Shown here in pieces: positions 10,275 through 20,282 of a stretch of 64,000 nucleotides of DNA. Positions within the stretch are counted from its first letter, which is position 1; the number at the start of each line of letters is the position of its first letter. Source of the stretch: Bacteroidota bacterium (GTDB lineage Bacteria > Bacteroidota > Bacteroidia > UBA4408); assembly GCA_037131955.1 (NCBI GenBank), contig JBAXQC010000007.1, positions 3,004 through 67,003 on the forward strand. Direction: 5' to 3'. The position numbers were made by a program, and so were the translations under genes. The notes beneath the pieces were generated by a model. The model saw only the letters and a list, made by a program, of their open reading frames with translations, had not been told where the DNA came from and made no database searches.

Positions 10275-11615
10275 ATGAAGAATTTTATTCAAACAATAAA
10301 AAATATTTTTAGTATCGAAGACCTTAGGATTAGAATTCTAAACACCTTAGGTTTTCTGCTAATTTATAGGTTAGGTTCTTTTGTAACCTTACCTGGTGTT
10401 GATTCAGTTGCCCTTGAGCAACTAAAAGGCGATCCAGAAGGATTGGCCGGTTTAATTAACATTTTTGCAGGTGGTGCATTTTCTCGTGCTTCCATTTTTG
10501 CATTAGGTATTATGCCCTACATTTCTGCTTCAATTGTAATGCAATTGTTAGGAATGGCTGTTCCACATTTTCAAAGACTTCAAAGAGAAGGCGACAGTGG
10601 CAGGAAAAAAATTAACCAATACACAAGAATGTTAACCGTTGTAGTTACCTTGTTGCAAGCACCGGGTTATATTGCTTCTCAAATACCTAAAGAAGCCATA
10701 AACGAAAACATTTCTATGTTTTGGCTTTCTTCAATGATTATTCTTACTGCAGGAACTATGTTCATTATGTGGTTAGGAGAGAAAATCACCGACAGAGGTA
10801 TTGGAAACGGTATTTCATTAATCATCATGATTGGTATTATCGCAAATCTTCCAGTAGCATTTATACAAGAATTTGTTGCTAGACTAGAAAACCAAGGTGG
10901 TGGATTAGTAATATTACTGATTGAATTAGTTGTACTTTTCTTGATTATTGTGGTATCCATCTTATTGGTTCAAGGAACGAGAAAAATTCCTGTTCAATTT
11001 GCAAAGAAAATTGTTGGAAACAAGCAATACGGTGGAGTTCGTCAGTATATACCTTTAAAAGTGAATGCTGCAGGGGTTATGCCAATAATCTTTGCTCAAG
11101 CAATTATGTTTATTCCATTAACTATTGCAGGTTTTGCTCAATCAGAATCAATGAGCGGATTTGTAGCAACTTTTAGCGATTACACAGGCTTTTGGCATAA
11201 TTTTACTTTTGCCTTATTAATAATTGTGTTTACTTATTTCTACACGGCTATCACCATCAATCCAAATCAAATGGCCGATGACATGAAGAGAAACGGTGGT
11301 TTTATTCCCGGCGTTAAACCCGGCAAAAAAACAGCAGAGTTTATTGATAATGTGATGAGCAGAATAACATTACCGGGCTCAATATTCTTAGCATTTGTGG
11401 CAATTTTGCCAGCATTTGCAACCAAAGCAGGAATAAACGCTCAGTTTGCTCACTTCTATGGTGGAACTTCTTTACTAATTTTGGTAGGTGTTGTTTTAGA
11501 TACCTTGCAGCAAATAGAAAGTCATTTGTTGATGAGACACTATGACGGATTAATGAAGACTGGTAGAATAAAAGGAAGAAATGTAGCTAACTCAGCAGTT
11601 AGTTACGCAGGATAA
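10275..11615 (+). CDS. secY: Preprotein translocase subunit SecY
   Basis: 446 aa polytopic membrane protein in the expected position after rplO. SecY-like sequence throughout. Confidence 0.95.
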   Translation: MKNFIQTIKNIFSIEDLRIRILNTLGFLLIYRLGSFVTLPGVDSVALEQLKGDPEGLAGLINIFAGGAFSRASIFALGIMPYISASIVMQLLGMAVPHFQRLQREGDSGRKKINQYTRMLTVVVTLLQAPGYIASQIPKEAINENISMFWLSSMIILTAGTMFIMWLGEKITDRGIGNGISLIIMIGIIANLPVAFIQEFVARLENQGGGLVILLIELVVLFLIIVVSILLVQGTRKIPVQFAKKIVGNKQYGGVRQYIPLKVNAAGVMPIIFAQAIMFIPLTIAGFAQSESMSGFVATFSDYTGFWHNFTFALLIIVFTYFYTAITINPNQMADDMKRNGGFIPGVKPGKKTAEFIDNVMSRITLPGSIFLAFVAILPAFATKAGINAQFAHFYGGTSLLILVGVVLDTLQQIESHLLMRHYDGLMKTGRIKGRNVANSAVSYAG

Positions 11616-11631
11616 TACTTTTTGGTTTAGT

Positions 11632-12405
11632 ATGATATACTACAAAACCAAAGAGGAAATTGAACTCATTAGAGAAAGTTCTTTACTTGTAGGAAAAACA
11701 ATTGCAGAAGTTGCAAAATCAATAAAACCAGGTGTAACAACACTTCAGTTAGATTCAATTGCCGAGCAGTTCATTAAGGACCATAATGCTAAGCCCTCAT
11801 TTTTAGGCTACAGCGGTTTCCCTAACAGCTTGTGTATATCTGTAAACGATGTAGTTGTTCACGGTATTCCTTCTAAATATGTTATTAAAGAAGGAGACAT
11901 TATTTCTGTTGACTGTGGAGTTTTTAAAAACGGTTTTCATGGCGACTCTGCTTATTCATTTGCAGTTGGAGAGGTGGGCGAAGACAAAAGAAAATTACTT
12001 GCTGTTACCTTGGAATCGCTGCTAAAGGGAATAGAAAAAGTAAAAGTAGGCAACAGAATTGGAGACGTATCTTTTGCGGTTCAACAACACGCCGAAGCCA
12101 ATGGATACGGAGTAGTAAGAGAATTGGTTGGGCATGGCTTGGGAAAAGATTTGCACGAAAAGCCAGAAGTTCCAAATTTTGGGAAACAAGGCAGAGGGCA
12201 AAAAATCTTGGAAGGATTGGTAATAGCAATTGAACCAATGATTAACATGGGAACAAAAAATGTAGTGCACGAAAATGATGGTTGGACAATTAGAACACAA
12301 GACAGAAAAGTATCTGCACATTTTGAACACACGGTGGCAGTTACATCAAATGGAGTTGATGTTTTATCAAGTTTTGAGGAAATAGAAAAAGTAATTAATA
12401 AATAA
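11632..12405 (+). CDS. map: Methionine aminopeptidase type I
   Basis: 257 aa M24 peptidase fold with metal-binding motifs (DCGVFKNGFHGDS, HGLGKDLHE). Confidence 0.9.
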   Translation: MIYYKTKEEIELIRESSLLVGKTIAEVAKSIKPGVTTLQLDSIAEQFIKDHNAKPSFLGYSGFPNSLCISVNDVVVHGIPSKYVIKEGDIISVDCGVFKNGFHGDSAYSFAVGEVGEDKRKLLAVTLESLLKGIEKVKVGNRIGDVSFAVQQHAEANGYGVVRELVGHGLGKDLHEKPEVPNFGKQGRGQKILEGLVIAIEPMINMGTKNVVHENDGWTIRTQDRKVSAHFEHTVAVTSNGVDVLSSFEEIEKVINK

Positions 12406-12428
12406 AAAGAAAAAACTAACAAAGAAGT

Positions 12429-12647
12429 ATGGCTAAACAGTCTTCCATTGAACAAGACGGAACAATAATCGAGGCATTGTCAAATGCCATGTTTAGAGTT
12501 GAGTTGGAAAATGGACACGTAATTACTGCTCATATTTCAGGCAAAATGAGGATGAATTATATAAAAATTCTTCCCGGTGATAAAGTAAAAGTAGAAATGA
12601 GTCCTTATGATTTAACAAAAGGAAGAATTTCTTTCAGATATAAATAA
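12429..12647 (+). CDS. infA: Translation initiation factor IF-1
   Basis: 72 aa S1-like protein ([20 protein letters not shown]...[18 protein letters not shown]). Confidence 0.95.
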   Translation: MAKQSSIEQDGTIIEALSNAMFRVELENGHVITAHISGKMRMNYIKILPGDKVKVEMSPYDLTKGRISFRYK

Positions 12648-12700
12648 GAATAATTAAAAAAAATTTTTAACTTCGCACACTTTTTTAAAAAGGTATAACA

Positions 12701-12817
12701 ATGAAAGTCAGATCATCCATCAAAAAACGCAGCGTAGATTGCAAAATAGTACGCAGAAAAGGACGTTTGTACGTGATAAACAAAAAGAATCCTAAATTCA
12801 AACAACGTCAAGGTTAA
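12701..12817 (+). CDS. rpmJ: 50S ribosomal protein L36 (38 aa; not in ORF track, found manually)
   Basis: Translates to [38 protein letters not shown], a canonical L36 with its zinc-ribbon Cys/His. Lies between infA and rpsM. Confidence 0.85.
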   Translation: MKVRSSIKKRSVDCKIVRRKGRLYVINKKNPKFKQRQG

Positions 12818-12837
12818 TATTTAATTTATAGAAAATT

Positions 12838-13215
12838 ATGGCAAGAATTGCTGGTATAGACATTCCTAAAAACAAAAGAGGCGAAATAGCCCTTACATAC
12901 ATTTATGGTATTGGAAGAAGCACCGCTCAAAAAATACTTAACGAAGCAGGTGTTGACTGGAACGCTAAAGTAACAGATTGGAACGATGATCAACTGAACA
13001 AAATTAGAGGTTTTATAACTGACAATGTTAAAGTTGAAGGCTCTTTGCGTTCTGAAGTACAGTTGAGCATAAAAAGATTGATGGACATTGGTTGCTATAG
13101 AGGTGTAAGACACCGCAGTGGTTTGCCTGTTAGAGGGCAAACTACCAAAAACAATGCAAGAACTAGAAAAGGTAAAAAGAAAACAGTTGCAAACAAGAAA
13201 AAAGCAACTAAATAA
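12838..13215 (+). CDS. rpsM: 30S ribosomal protein S13
   Basis: 125 aa starting [26 protein letters not shown]..., which is canonical for S13. Confidence 0.95.
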   Translation: MARIAGIDIPKNKRGEIALTYIYGIGRSTAQKILNEAGVDWNAKVTDWNDDQLNKIRGFITDNVKVEGSLRSEVQLSIKRLMDIGCYRGVRHRSGLPVRGQTTKNNARTRKGKKKTVANKKKATK

Positions 13216-13236
13216 TAATTAATTTATTTTAATTTA

Positions 13237-13641
13237 ATGGCAAAACAACAAAATTCGGCTGCTGCTAAAGTAACGAAGAAAAGAGTGGTAAAAGTTGAAG
13301 CTTCTGGTGAAGCTCATATTAATGCTACCTTCAACAACATCATCATCACCCTTACCAACCACAGTGGCGAAGCAATTTCTTGGGCTTCTGCTGGTAAAAT
13401 GGGTTTTAAAGGTTCTAAGAAAAACACTCCTTACGCTGCCCAACTAGCTGCAACAGACTGTTCTAAAGTTGCATTTGATGCCGGCTTAAGAAAAGTTAAA
13501 GTTTATGTTAAAGGTCCGGGTGCAGGAAGAGAGTCTGCAATTAGAACCATTCACAATGCAGGAATTGAGGTTACTGAAATTGTAGATATTACCCCAATAC
13601 CTCACAACGGTTGTCGCCCTCCAAAAAGAAGAAGGGTTTAA
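13237..13641 (+). CDS. rpsK: 30S ribosomal protein S11
   Basis: 134 aa of S11 sequence ([16 protein letters not shown]..., [13 protein letters not shown]). Confidence 0.95.
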   Translation: MAKQQNSAAAKVTKKRVVKVEASGEAHINATFNNIIITLTNHSGEAISWASAGKMGFKGSKKNTPYAAQLAATDCSKVAFDAGLRKVKVYVKGPGAGRESAIRTIHNAGIEVTEIVDITPIPHNGCRPPKRRRV

Positions 13642-13666
13642 TTTTAACACTAATATTTTTTAAGAA

Positions 13667-14272
13667 ATGGCAAGATATATAGGCCCCAAATCAAAAATTG
13701 CAAGAAGATTCAGAGAGCCAATCTTTGGACCTGATAAGGCTTTAGAAAAGAAAAACTACCCTCCAGGAATGCACGGGTTAGCCAAAAAAAGAATGAAGCA
13801 ATCTGAATATGCTATTCAGTTATCTGAAAAGCAAAAAGCTAAATATACTTATGGTATTTTAGAAAAACAGTTTGCCAATACTTTCGACAGAGCCGCTAGA
13901 GCTCACGGTGTAACTGGTGAAGTTTTAATGCAGTTGGTTGAAGTAAGACTTGACAATGTTGTTTTTCGTTTAGGTATTTCTCCTACAAGAAACGGAGCCC
14001 GTCAATTGGTTGGGCACCGTCATATTACTGTTAACGGAAAAGTAGTGAACATCCCTTCTTATTCTGTTAAACCAGGCGATGTTATTGCAGTAAGAGAAAA
14101 ATCAAAATCTCTTGAAGCTATTACTACCTCTGTAGCTCAAAACCGCAAAGCTTTTCCTTGGTTAGAATGGGATGCAAATACCCTAACCGGAAAACTTATT
14201 TCTATACCACAAAGAATTGATATCCCAGAAAACATCAAGGAACAATTAATAGTGGAACTTTATTCAAGATAA
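13667..14272 (+). CDS. rpsD: 30S ribosomal protein S4
   Basis: 201 aa starting [15 protein letters not shown]... with an S4 RNA-binding domain. Confidence 0.95.
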   Translation: MARYIGPKSKIARRFREPIFGPDKALEKKNYPPGMHGLAKKRMKQSEYAIQLSEKQKAKYTYGILEKQFANTFDRAARAHGVTGEVLMQLVEVRLDNVVFRLGISPTRNGARQLVGHRHITVNGKVVNIPSYSVKPGDVIAVREKSKSLEAITTSVAQNRKAFPWLEWDANTLTGKLISIPQRIDIPENIKEQLIVELYSR

Positions 14273-14294
14273 TAATTAAATTTAATATACAAAA

Positions 14295-15287
14295 ATGGGT
14301 ATTCTTGCTTTTCAAAAACCAGACAAGGTTGTAATGTTAAACTCCACCGAAATGGAGGGAACATTCGAGTTTCGTCCTCTAGAACCGGGTTATGGTATTA
14401 CAATAGGAAATTCTTTAAGAAGAATTTTATTAAATTCTTTAGAAGGATTTGCAATTACCTCAGTGAAAATTGAAGGAGTTGACCACGAGTTTTCTACCAT
14501 CAAAGGCGTTGTAGAAGACGTTACCGAAATAATTTTAAACTTAAAACAAGTAAGGTTTAAAAGACAGATAGAAGGTTTTGAATCTGAAAGAGTAATTTTA
14601 AATGTTAATGGAAAAACTACTTTCACCGCAGGTGATTTAGGAAGACAAATGTCAGGTTTTCAAGTTTTAAACCCTGACCATGTAATTTGTAACTTAGAAC
14701 CAACTACCAAATTCAAAATTGAAGTTATGGTAGAAAAGGGCAGAGGTTATATTCCTGCCGAGGAAAATAAAAATGCAAACCAAACAGTTGGTGTTATACC
14801 AATTGATGCAGTTTTTACTCCCATCAAAAACGTAAAATACAGCATAGAAAACTACAGAGTTGAACAAAAAACCGACTACGAAAAACTTATTTTCGACATC
14901 AGAACAGACGGTTCAATTCATCCAAAAGAAGCATTAAAAGAAGCGGCTAAAATTCTTATTCACCACTTTATGTTATTCTCCGATGAAAAGATTACTCTTG
15001 ACACCGAAGAAAAAGCAAGTCACGAAGAATTTGACGAAGCATACCTTCACATGCGTCAGTTGTTAAAAACTAAATTGTACGACATGGACTTATCTGTTAG
15101 AGCATTAAATTGCCTCAAAGCAGCAGATGTAGAAACATTAGGTCAATTGGTTGCTTTTAATAAAACCGACCTTTTAAAATTCAGAAATTTTGGTAAAAAA
15201 TCTCTTACCGAATTAGAAGACTTAGTTCACTCTAAAAACCTTCAGTTTGGTATGAACATTTCTAAATACAGAATAGACGAAGATTAA
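14295..15287 (+). CDS. rpoA: DNA-directed RNA polymerase subunit alpha
   Basis: 330 aa with N-terminal dimerisation and C-terminal alphaCTD sequence. Follows rpsD as in the alpha operon. Confidence 0.95.
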   Translation: MGILAFQKPDKVVMLNSTEMEGTFEFRPLEPGYGITIGNSLRRILLNSLEGFAITSVKIEGVDHEFSTIKGVVEDVTEIILNLKQVRFKRQIEGFESERVILNVNGKTTFTAGDLGRQMSGFQVLNPDHVICNLEPTTKFKIEVMVEKGRGYIPAEENKNANQTVGVIPIDAVFTPIKNVKYSIENYRVEQKTDYEKLIFDIRTDGSIHPKEALKEAAKILIHHFMLFSDEKITLDTEEKASHEEFDEAYLHMRQLLKTKLYDMDLSVRALNCLKAADVETLGQLVAFNKTDLLKFRNFGKKSLTELEDLVHSKNLQFGMNISKYRIDED

Positions 15288-15316
15288 TTTATTAATTTTC
15301 AGCAAACAGAGAAATC

Positions 15317-15814
15317 ATGAGACACGGAAAAAAATTCAATCACCTAGGAAGAACAACTTCCCACAGAAAAGCAATGTTGGCAAACATGGCTTCTTCTCTT
15401 ATTCTTCACAAAAGAATAAATACTACTGTTGCAAAAGCAAAAGAGCTTCGCAAATATGTAGAGCCACTTATTACTAAATCTAAAGACGATTCTACACACA
15501 GCAGAAGAACTGTATTTGCTTACCTTAAACAAAAAGAGGCTGTTGCTGCTTTGTTTAGAGATGTAGCTGCTAAAGTTGCTACTCGCCCAGGTGGATACAC
15601 CAGAATATTAAAAACTGGAAATAGAATTGGAGACAATGCAGAAATGTGTATGATTGAATTGGTAGACTACAACGAATTTATCACTTCAGAAACAAAAGCT
15701 ACTGCTGATAAAAAAGTTACTAGAAGATCCAGAGGTGGTGCAAAAAAAGCAGCTCCTAAAGCAGCCGACACAACTAATGCAGAAGAATCTAGCGAAGAAA
15801 AAAGTGAGAACTAA
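15317..15814 (+). CDS. rplQ: 50S ribosomal protein L17 with a C-terminal charged extension
   Basis: L17 core ([21 protein letters not shown]...). Charged tail ...[36 protein letters not shown]. Confidence 0.9.
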   Translation: MRHGKKFNHLGRTTSHRKAMLANMASSLILHKRINTTVAKAKELRKYVEPLITKSKDDSTHSRRTVFAYLKQKEAVAALFRDVAAKVATRPGGYTRILKTGNRIGDNAEMCMIELVDYNEFITSETKATADKKVTRRSRGGAKKAAPKAADTTNAEESSEEKSEN

Positions 15815-15838
15815 AAAAAATATATAATTATTTAATTA

Positions 15839-15873
15839 GGGGATAGAGTTTATACTTTATCCCTTTTTTTTTG
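15839..15873 (+). terminator. Rho-independent terminator after rplQ
   Basis: Stem GGGATA(15840-15845)/TATCCC(15858-15863) followed by a T9 run at 15864-15872. Confidence 0.6.
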
Positions 15874-15875
15874 AT

Positions 15876-16970
15876 ATGAGTGTTACAAAACAACCAGCAG
15901 CTTACCTTCTACTAGAAGATGGCACATTCTTTAAAGGAAAATCAATTGGAGCAATAGGAACCTCATCTGGTGAACTTTGCTTTAATACAGGCATGACAGG
16001 GTATCAAGAGATTTTTTCGGACCTCTCTTACACCGGCCAGCTAATGACTATGGCAAACGTTCACATAGGTAACTACGGCACCGTAGACAACGAAAGCGAA
16101 AGTGCAAACGCAACCATCGCCGGTTTAATTTGTAAGTCTTTTTCTACCAATTACAGCAGGCCCCTAAGCAACAAATCTCTACAGAATTATTTAGTAGAAA
16201 ATGCAGTTGTAGGTATTGAAGGCATAGATACCCGATTTTTAGTATCACACATCCGTAAAAACGGCTCTATGAATGCCGTTATTTCCAGTGAAATTAGCTC
16301 ATTAGATGAGCTTAAAAAGATTTTAGCCAATACTCCATCTATGGAAGGATTAGAGCTGGCCTCTAAGGTAACAAGCAAACATTTTGTGGATTATACAGTC
16401 CAAAATTCTACAGGCAAAGTGGCATTAATTGATTTTGGAACCAAGCAAAACATCGTAAGGTGTTTAACAGAAAGAGGGGCAAATGTTAGAGTTTTTCCTG
16501 CCAATACCAGCATAAACCAATTAAAAGAATACAATGCCAATGGCTATTTAATTTCTAATGGCCCCGGCGACCCGGCAGCAATGAGCAATGCAATAGCTTT
16601 GATAAAAGAAATTATAGAGCTAAACAAACCTGTATTTGGCATTTGTTTGGGGCACCAACTTATTGCATTGGCACTGGGCTTGCAAACGTTTAAAATGAAA
16701 AACGGCCACAGGGGAATAAACCACCCAGTAAAAAATTTACTCACAGGCAAAAGCGAAATCACTTCTCAAAATCATGGATTTGCAGTAGCTGCAAATGATT
16801 TGGCAAATTTTCCTCACATTCAAATCACACATCAAAATTTAAATGATAATAGTATAGAAGGTTTAAGAGTAAAAGAAAAGAATATCTTTTGTGTTCAACA
16901 TCACCCCGAAGCTGCTCCCGGCCCAAACGACAGCAAATATTTGTTTGATGAGTTTTTAGCGATGATTTAA
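15876..16970 (+). CDS. carA: Carbamoyl-phosphate synthase small (glutamine amidotransferase) subunit
   Basis: 364 aa with a CPSase small-chain N-domain plus a class-I GATase with catalytic Cys (GICLGHQL) and the HHPE motif. Confidence 0.9.
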   Translation: MSVTKQPAAYLLLEDGTFFKGKSIGAIGTSSGELCFNTGMTGYQEIFSDLSYTGQLMTMANVHIGNYGTVDNESESANATIAGLICKSFSTNYSRPLSNKSLQNYLVENAVVGIEGIDTRFLVSHIRKNGSMNAVISSEISSLDELKKILANTPSMEGLELASKVTSKHFVDYTVQNSTGKVALIDFGTKQNIVRCLTERGANVRVFPANTSINQLKEYNANGYLISNGPGDPAAMSNAIALIKEIIELNKPVFGICLGHQLIALALGLQTFKMKNGHRGINHPVKNLLTGKSEITSQNHGFAVAANDLANFPHIQITHQNLNDNSIEGLRVKEKNIFCVQHHPEAAPGPNDSKYLFDEFLAMI

Positions 16971-17080
16971 TTAAAAGGATTAAATTTATTCAAAATTAAT
17001 TATGAAATACCCTCGCAAATTATCATCTGGTGCAAACAATACAGTAATTGTAATTAGCGAAACTGAAGCTGGCAAGGGGG

Positions 17081-17740
17081 ATGAAAAACAGAAAAAATAA
17101 TATGATAAAAACTCGTTTGAAAATAGTAGTGTCACTTATATTTGTTATCATGGCAAATAAGTTAACCAAGGCTCAAGACTGTTTTGAATTTAAGATACCT
17201 AAAAAGGAAAATGTACAGTTTTGGACAATTGATTCTGTAAAAAAACAGTTGCCTTATGAACAATTTAGGAAATACATGCAAACCGACAGAAATTTTTGGG
17301 TTCAAAATTCAAAAAACAAAATAAGCGAAGAAGCAATAGGTACTTATTATGGCACTGAATATAAATACTTGGATTTAAATCGTATTGAACTTGCAAGGTA
17401 CGAGCCCTACTTCTATTTGAGCGATTCTTTAAAAATATCCTTTGCAGAAGAAATGCTTACATTAAATAAACTTATTGAAAATAGAGAATTTGAAACAGGT
17501 ATTTTAAGTATCGACTCAGTTCTTGAAAAAGACAAGGAGCATATAACAATAAATTACTATACGGAATCAAGTGGAGTAGTAACCATAATAGATTCTATTG
17601 GAAGAATTGTACACCAAAACAGTGTAAACAATGCAAAAGGAAGCTATAAACTAAACAGTAAACACATACCACAAGGACTAAATTATTTTATTTTTTCTAA
17701 CGACAAAATAATGTTGAATAAAAAATTTATAAAGCAATAA
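17081..17740 (+). CDS. Hypothetical secreted protein, possibly ending in a T9SS C-terminal sorting domain
   Basis: N-terminal signal peptide. The C-terminal ~70 aa (VVTIIDSIGRIVHQ...GSYKLNSKHIPQGLNYFIFSNDKIM) resembles a Por secretion tail. Confidence 0.4.
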   Translation: MKNRKNNMIKTRLKIVVSLIFVIMANKLTKAQDCFEFKIPKKENVQFWTIDSVKKQLPYEQFRKYMQTDRNFWVQNSKNKISEEAIGTYYGTEYKYLDLNRIELARYEPYFYLSDSLKISFAEEMLTLNKLIENREFETGILSIDSVLEKDKEHITINYYTESSGVVTIIDSIGRIVHQNSVNNAKGSYKLNSKHIPQGLNYFIFSNDKIMLNKKFIKQ

Positions 17741-17743
17741 ACC

Positions 17744-19255
17744 ATGAAACGCTCAAAATTGATTTTATTCTTTGTTTTGATAGCCTCTTTTTCTTTTGCA
17801 CAATTTAAAAATAACAAATGGTTGATGGGATATGGAAACCCACCTGCTCCAAATAATGGAACTAAAATAGAATTTAATAACAATGTACGAATAGTAAGCT
17901 ATGATCCAAGGCAAATGTGGTTTAGCTGGAATTTTTCAGGCCTAAGTGACAAAGATGACAATTGGTTTGTTTATACCAACGGTGGAGCAGTTTGCAATAA
18001 AAACCACGAGGTTTTGATAAATGGACTTGGTTTAAGCCCAGGGGGTGATGACCCAGGTACTCTTAATGGTGGAAACATATTTTTATCTCAATCATTATTT
18101 TTGCCTTTTGATAGTAGTAATACTCAATATTTGTTTCATTCTAACCGAAGTACTTGTATAGATTTAAATCATCCCCTTTACGGAAGACCTATATCTTTAA
18201 ACCTTTTTTATTCAAAGATTGACCCCTCCTCTGAAAATGGTGCAGGAAAAATTGTGGCAAAAAATATTGCTGTTATTGCAGATACACTGTCCATTGGCAA
18301 AATAACAAGTGTTCGGCACTCTAATGGCAGAGATTGGTGGGTATTTGTAAGACATTTTTATGAAGATAAATTTTACTCCATTCTAGTTACACCTGATAGT
18401 GTTCATATACCAGTTCAAATTTCAACCAGTGCCCCATCAACAGCTTTTTCATCGCAGGTTTGCATTTCACCTAATGGCAAGTATTATGCAGCCTTTTCTA
18501 ACATTGCAAGTCAACAATTAAGATTGTATGATGTTGATCGCTGTAATGGAAAGTTAGAAAATTATAGGCAGAAATTTATTACAAATAATCTTGCCGGACT
18601 TGTTGCCTTTTCACCCAATTCAAGATTTCTATACATAGGTTCTGCGGATAGTATATGGCAATTTGATATGCAAGCACCCGATGTGTTTGAATCGCAAACC
18701 TTGATTGGTGTGTATGATGGAGCTGGAACAAAAACTGGTTCAGGGTATTATTTTAGTTTTATGTGGCTTGCACCTGATGGTAAAATATATATGAGTGTTT
18801 CAGCACAATTGGGCAGAAAACTCCACGTTATAAATAATCCAGATTTATTAGGCATTGCATGCGATTTGCAGCAACATTCTATCGATATTCCTACCTACAA
18901 TGATCAAACTACCCCTACCCCAATAAACTACGATCTAAAACAAGAACCAGGCAGCCCTTGCGATACCCTTGGTGTTGGTTTGCAACAATTAAAAATCAAA
19001 GATTTAGAATTACAAATTTTCCCCAACCCAAGCTCTGGCAAGTTTAGCATGGAGTATTTGCCACAAACAAAAAGCGGGATGCTATATGTATATGATATGC
19101 AAGGCAAAGAAGTGTATAGAGAATATGTATCTCCATATACAAGTATTAAAAATTTAGATTTAAGTACTAAACTTGCCAATGGTACCTATGGCTTGAGTTT
19201 AGTTTTTGGTGAACAGAGAAATAATACAACAATTATAGTAAATAAAAACAATTAG
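17744..19255 (+). CDS. Secreted hypothetical protein with a T9SS C-terminal sorting domain
   Basis: Signal peptide MKRSKLILFFVLIASFSFAQ. C-terminal LQIFPNPSSGKFSMEY...GTYGLSLVF is typical of the Por secretion tail. Confidence 0.5.
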   Translation: MKRSKLILFFVLIASFSFAQFKNNKWLMGYGNPPAPNNGTKIEFNNNVRIVSYDPRQMWFSWNFSGLSDKDDNWFVYTNGGAVCNKNHEVLINGLGLSPGGDDPGTLNGGNIFLSQSLFLPFDSSNTQYLFHSNRSTCIDLNHPLYGRPISLNLFYSKIDPSSENGAGKIVAKNIAVIADTLSIGKITSVRHSNGRDWWVFVRHFYEDKFYSILVTPDSVHIPVQISTSAPSTAFSSQVCISPNGKYYAAFSNIASQQLRLYDVDRCNGKLENYRQKFITNNLAGLVAFSPNSRFLYIGSADSIWQFDMQAPDVFESQTLIGVYDGAGTKTGSGYYFSFMWLAPDGKIYMSVSAQLGRKLHVINNPDLLGIACDLQQHSIDIPTYNDQTTPTPINYDLKQEPGSPCDTLGVGLQQLKIKDLELQIFPNPSSGKFSMEYLPQTKSGMLYVYDMQGKEVYREYVSPYTSIKNLDLSTKLANGTYGLSLVFGEQRNNTTIIVNKNN

Positions 19256-19266
19256 CACGAATCTCA

Positions 19267-19298
19267 TTCCCCCTTTGAAGGGGGATAAAGGGGGATGA
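19267..19298. repeat. Left arm of a perfect 32-bp inverted repeat (GC-rich hairpin element) flanking the DUF559 gene
   Basis: TTCCCCCTTTGAAGGGGGATAAAGGGGGATGA is the exact reverse complement of 19698-19729. It contains the hairpin CCCCC-TTTGAA-GGGGG and a GGGGGAT direct repeat. Confidence 0.85.
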
Positions 19299-19317
19299 TA
19301 AAAAAGAAAAAAATTAA

Positions 19318-19734
19318 ATGAACAACTTAAATAATCATTACAATAAAAATCTAAAATCGTTTGCAAGAAAACACAGAAATGAAAGTACAAAAGCCGAAAT
19401 AAAATTATGGACAGAATTGTTATCAAAAAAAAAGATGCTGGGATACCCATTTTTAAGGCAAAGACCCATAGAAAACTTTATTGCAGATTTCTTTTGTAAA
19501 TCTCTACACCTCATTATTGAAACGGATGGATATTCTCACCAACTAACAGAAGTAATTGAAAAAGATATACAAAAAGAAAATCGTTTAAAGGAATTAGGTT
19601 ATTTCGTTTTAAGATTTCAGGATGAAGAAGTACTAAACGATATAGAAAATGTAAGATTAGAAATAGAAAATTCGATAAAAAACTTGGAAGACAATGGTCA
19701 TCCCCCTTTATCCCCCTTCAAAGGGGGAAACTGA
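19318..19734 (+). CDS. DUF559 (Vsr-like endonuclease fold) domain protein; last ~11 codons encoded by the right repeat arm
   Basis: 138 aa with DUF559 hallmarks (KLW..L...LGYPFLRQRPIENFIADFF....LIIETDGYSH......D..R...L...GYFVLRF.DEEVLNDIENV). Confidence 0.75.
   Translation: MNNLNNHYNKNLKSFARKHRNESTKAEIKLWTELLSKKKMLGYPFLRQRPIENFIADFFCKSLHLIIETDGYSHQLTEVIEKDIQKENRLKELGYFVLRFQDEEVLNDIENVRLEIENSIKNLEDNGHPPLSPFKGGN
19698..19729. repeat. Right arm of the 32-bp inverted repeat; a degenerate third hairpin copy follows at 19741-19766
   Basis: TCATCCCCCTTTATCCCCCTTCAAAGGGGGAA is the reverse complement of 19267-19298. It overlaps the 3' end of the DUF559 ORF. Confidence 0.85.
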
Positions 19735-19794
19735 GGTTACTTTATCCCTCATCTAAAGGGGACAACAGAAGTTTGGTATTAAAAAAATAAAAGC

Positions 19795-20052
19795 ATGAAA
19801 ACAACAAAAACTATTTTGTCAACACTTACATTTCTAATTTGTGGCATTGCAATTTCTCAAACCAAAGACTCTACAAACAAAACAAAAAAACAAGAATACA
19901 TAGAAAACTACATTTCCAATTTCCCCTACAAAAACTCAGAAATTTATCCAGTTATAAGTAATATTTCTTTGTGGGATACCTCCGGTTCAGTTCCCGTAAT
20001 AAACATGAATAGCATTATGATGAATATGGAAAGAAAAACGGAGAAAAAATAA
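19795..20052 (+). CDS. Small hypothetical secreted protein
   Basis: 85 aa ORF with a signal-peptide-like N-terminus. I recognise no homology. Confidence 0.3.
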   Translation: MKTTKTILSTLTFLICGIAISQTKDSTNKTKKQEYIENYISNFPYKNSEIYPVISNISLWDTSGSVPVINMNSIMMNMERKTEKK

Positions 20053-20223
20053 ATTTTGTGATGTATTCTTATAAATTTCCTCAATGACGGTTAAAAAAAC
20101 TAGCATATCAAACTTAATAGTTACAAAAGAAAATACAATGCAATCTAATTTAAGCTCAGCTTTGGTGATTTTCTTTTATAACTAGTTTAGCAGAATTTTT
20201 TTTAATGCCAATTTTGAACTTTC

Positions 20224-20253
20224 ATAAAAAAAGACCCCAATTTTGAGGTCTTC
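20224..20253 (-). terminator. Rho-independent terminator downstream of lemA (minus strand)
   Basis: Stem AAGACC(20231-20236)/GGTCTT(20247-20252). Plus-strand A7 at 20226-20232 gives a U-run on the minus transcript. Confidence 0.5.
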
Positions 20254-20282
20254 TTAATACTTAGTTGTGTGTAGATATTTTT

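Noticed and set aside
19199-19450. Minus-strand 83-aa ORF overlapping the left inverted-repeat arm and the DUF559 gene start, sharing the peptide HPPLSPFKGG with the DUF559 C-terminus.
   Set aside because: The shared peptide is simply the translation of the same 32-bp repeat read from the other arm. The ORF overlaps a bona fide gene antisense and has no other support.
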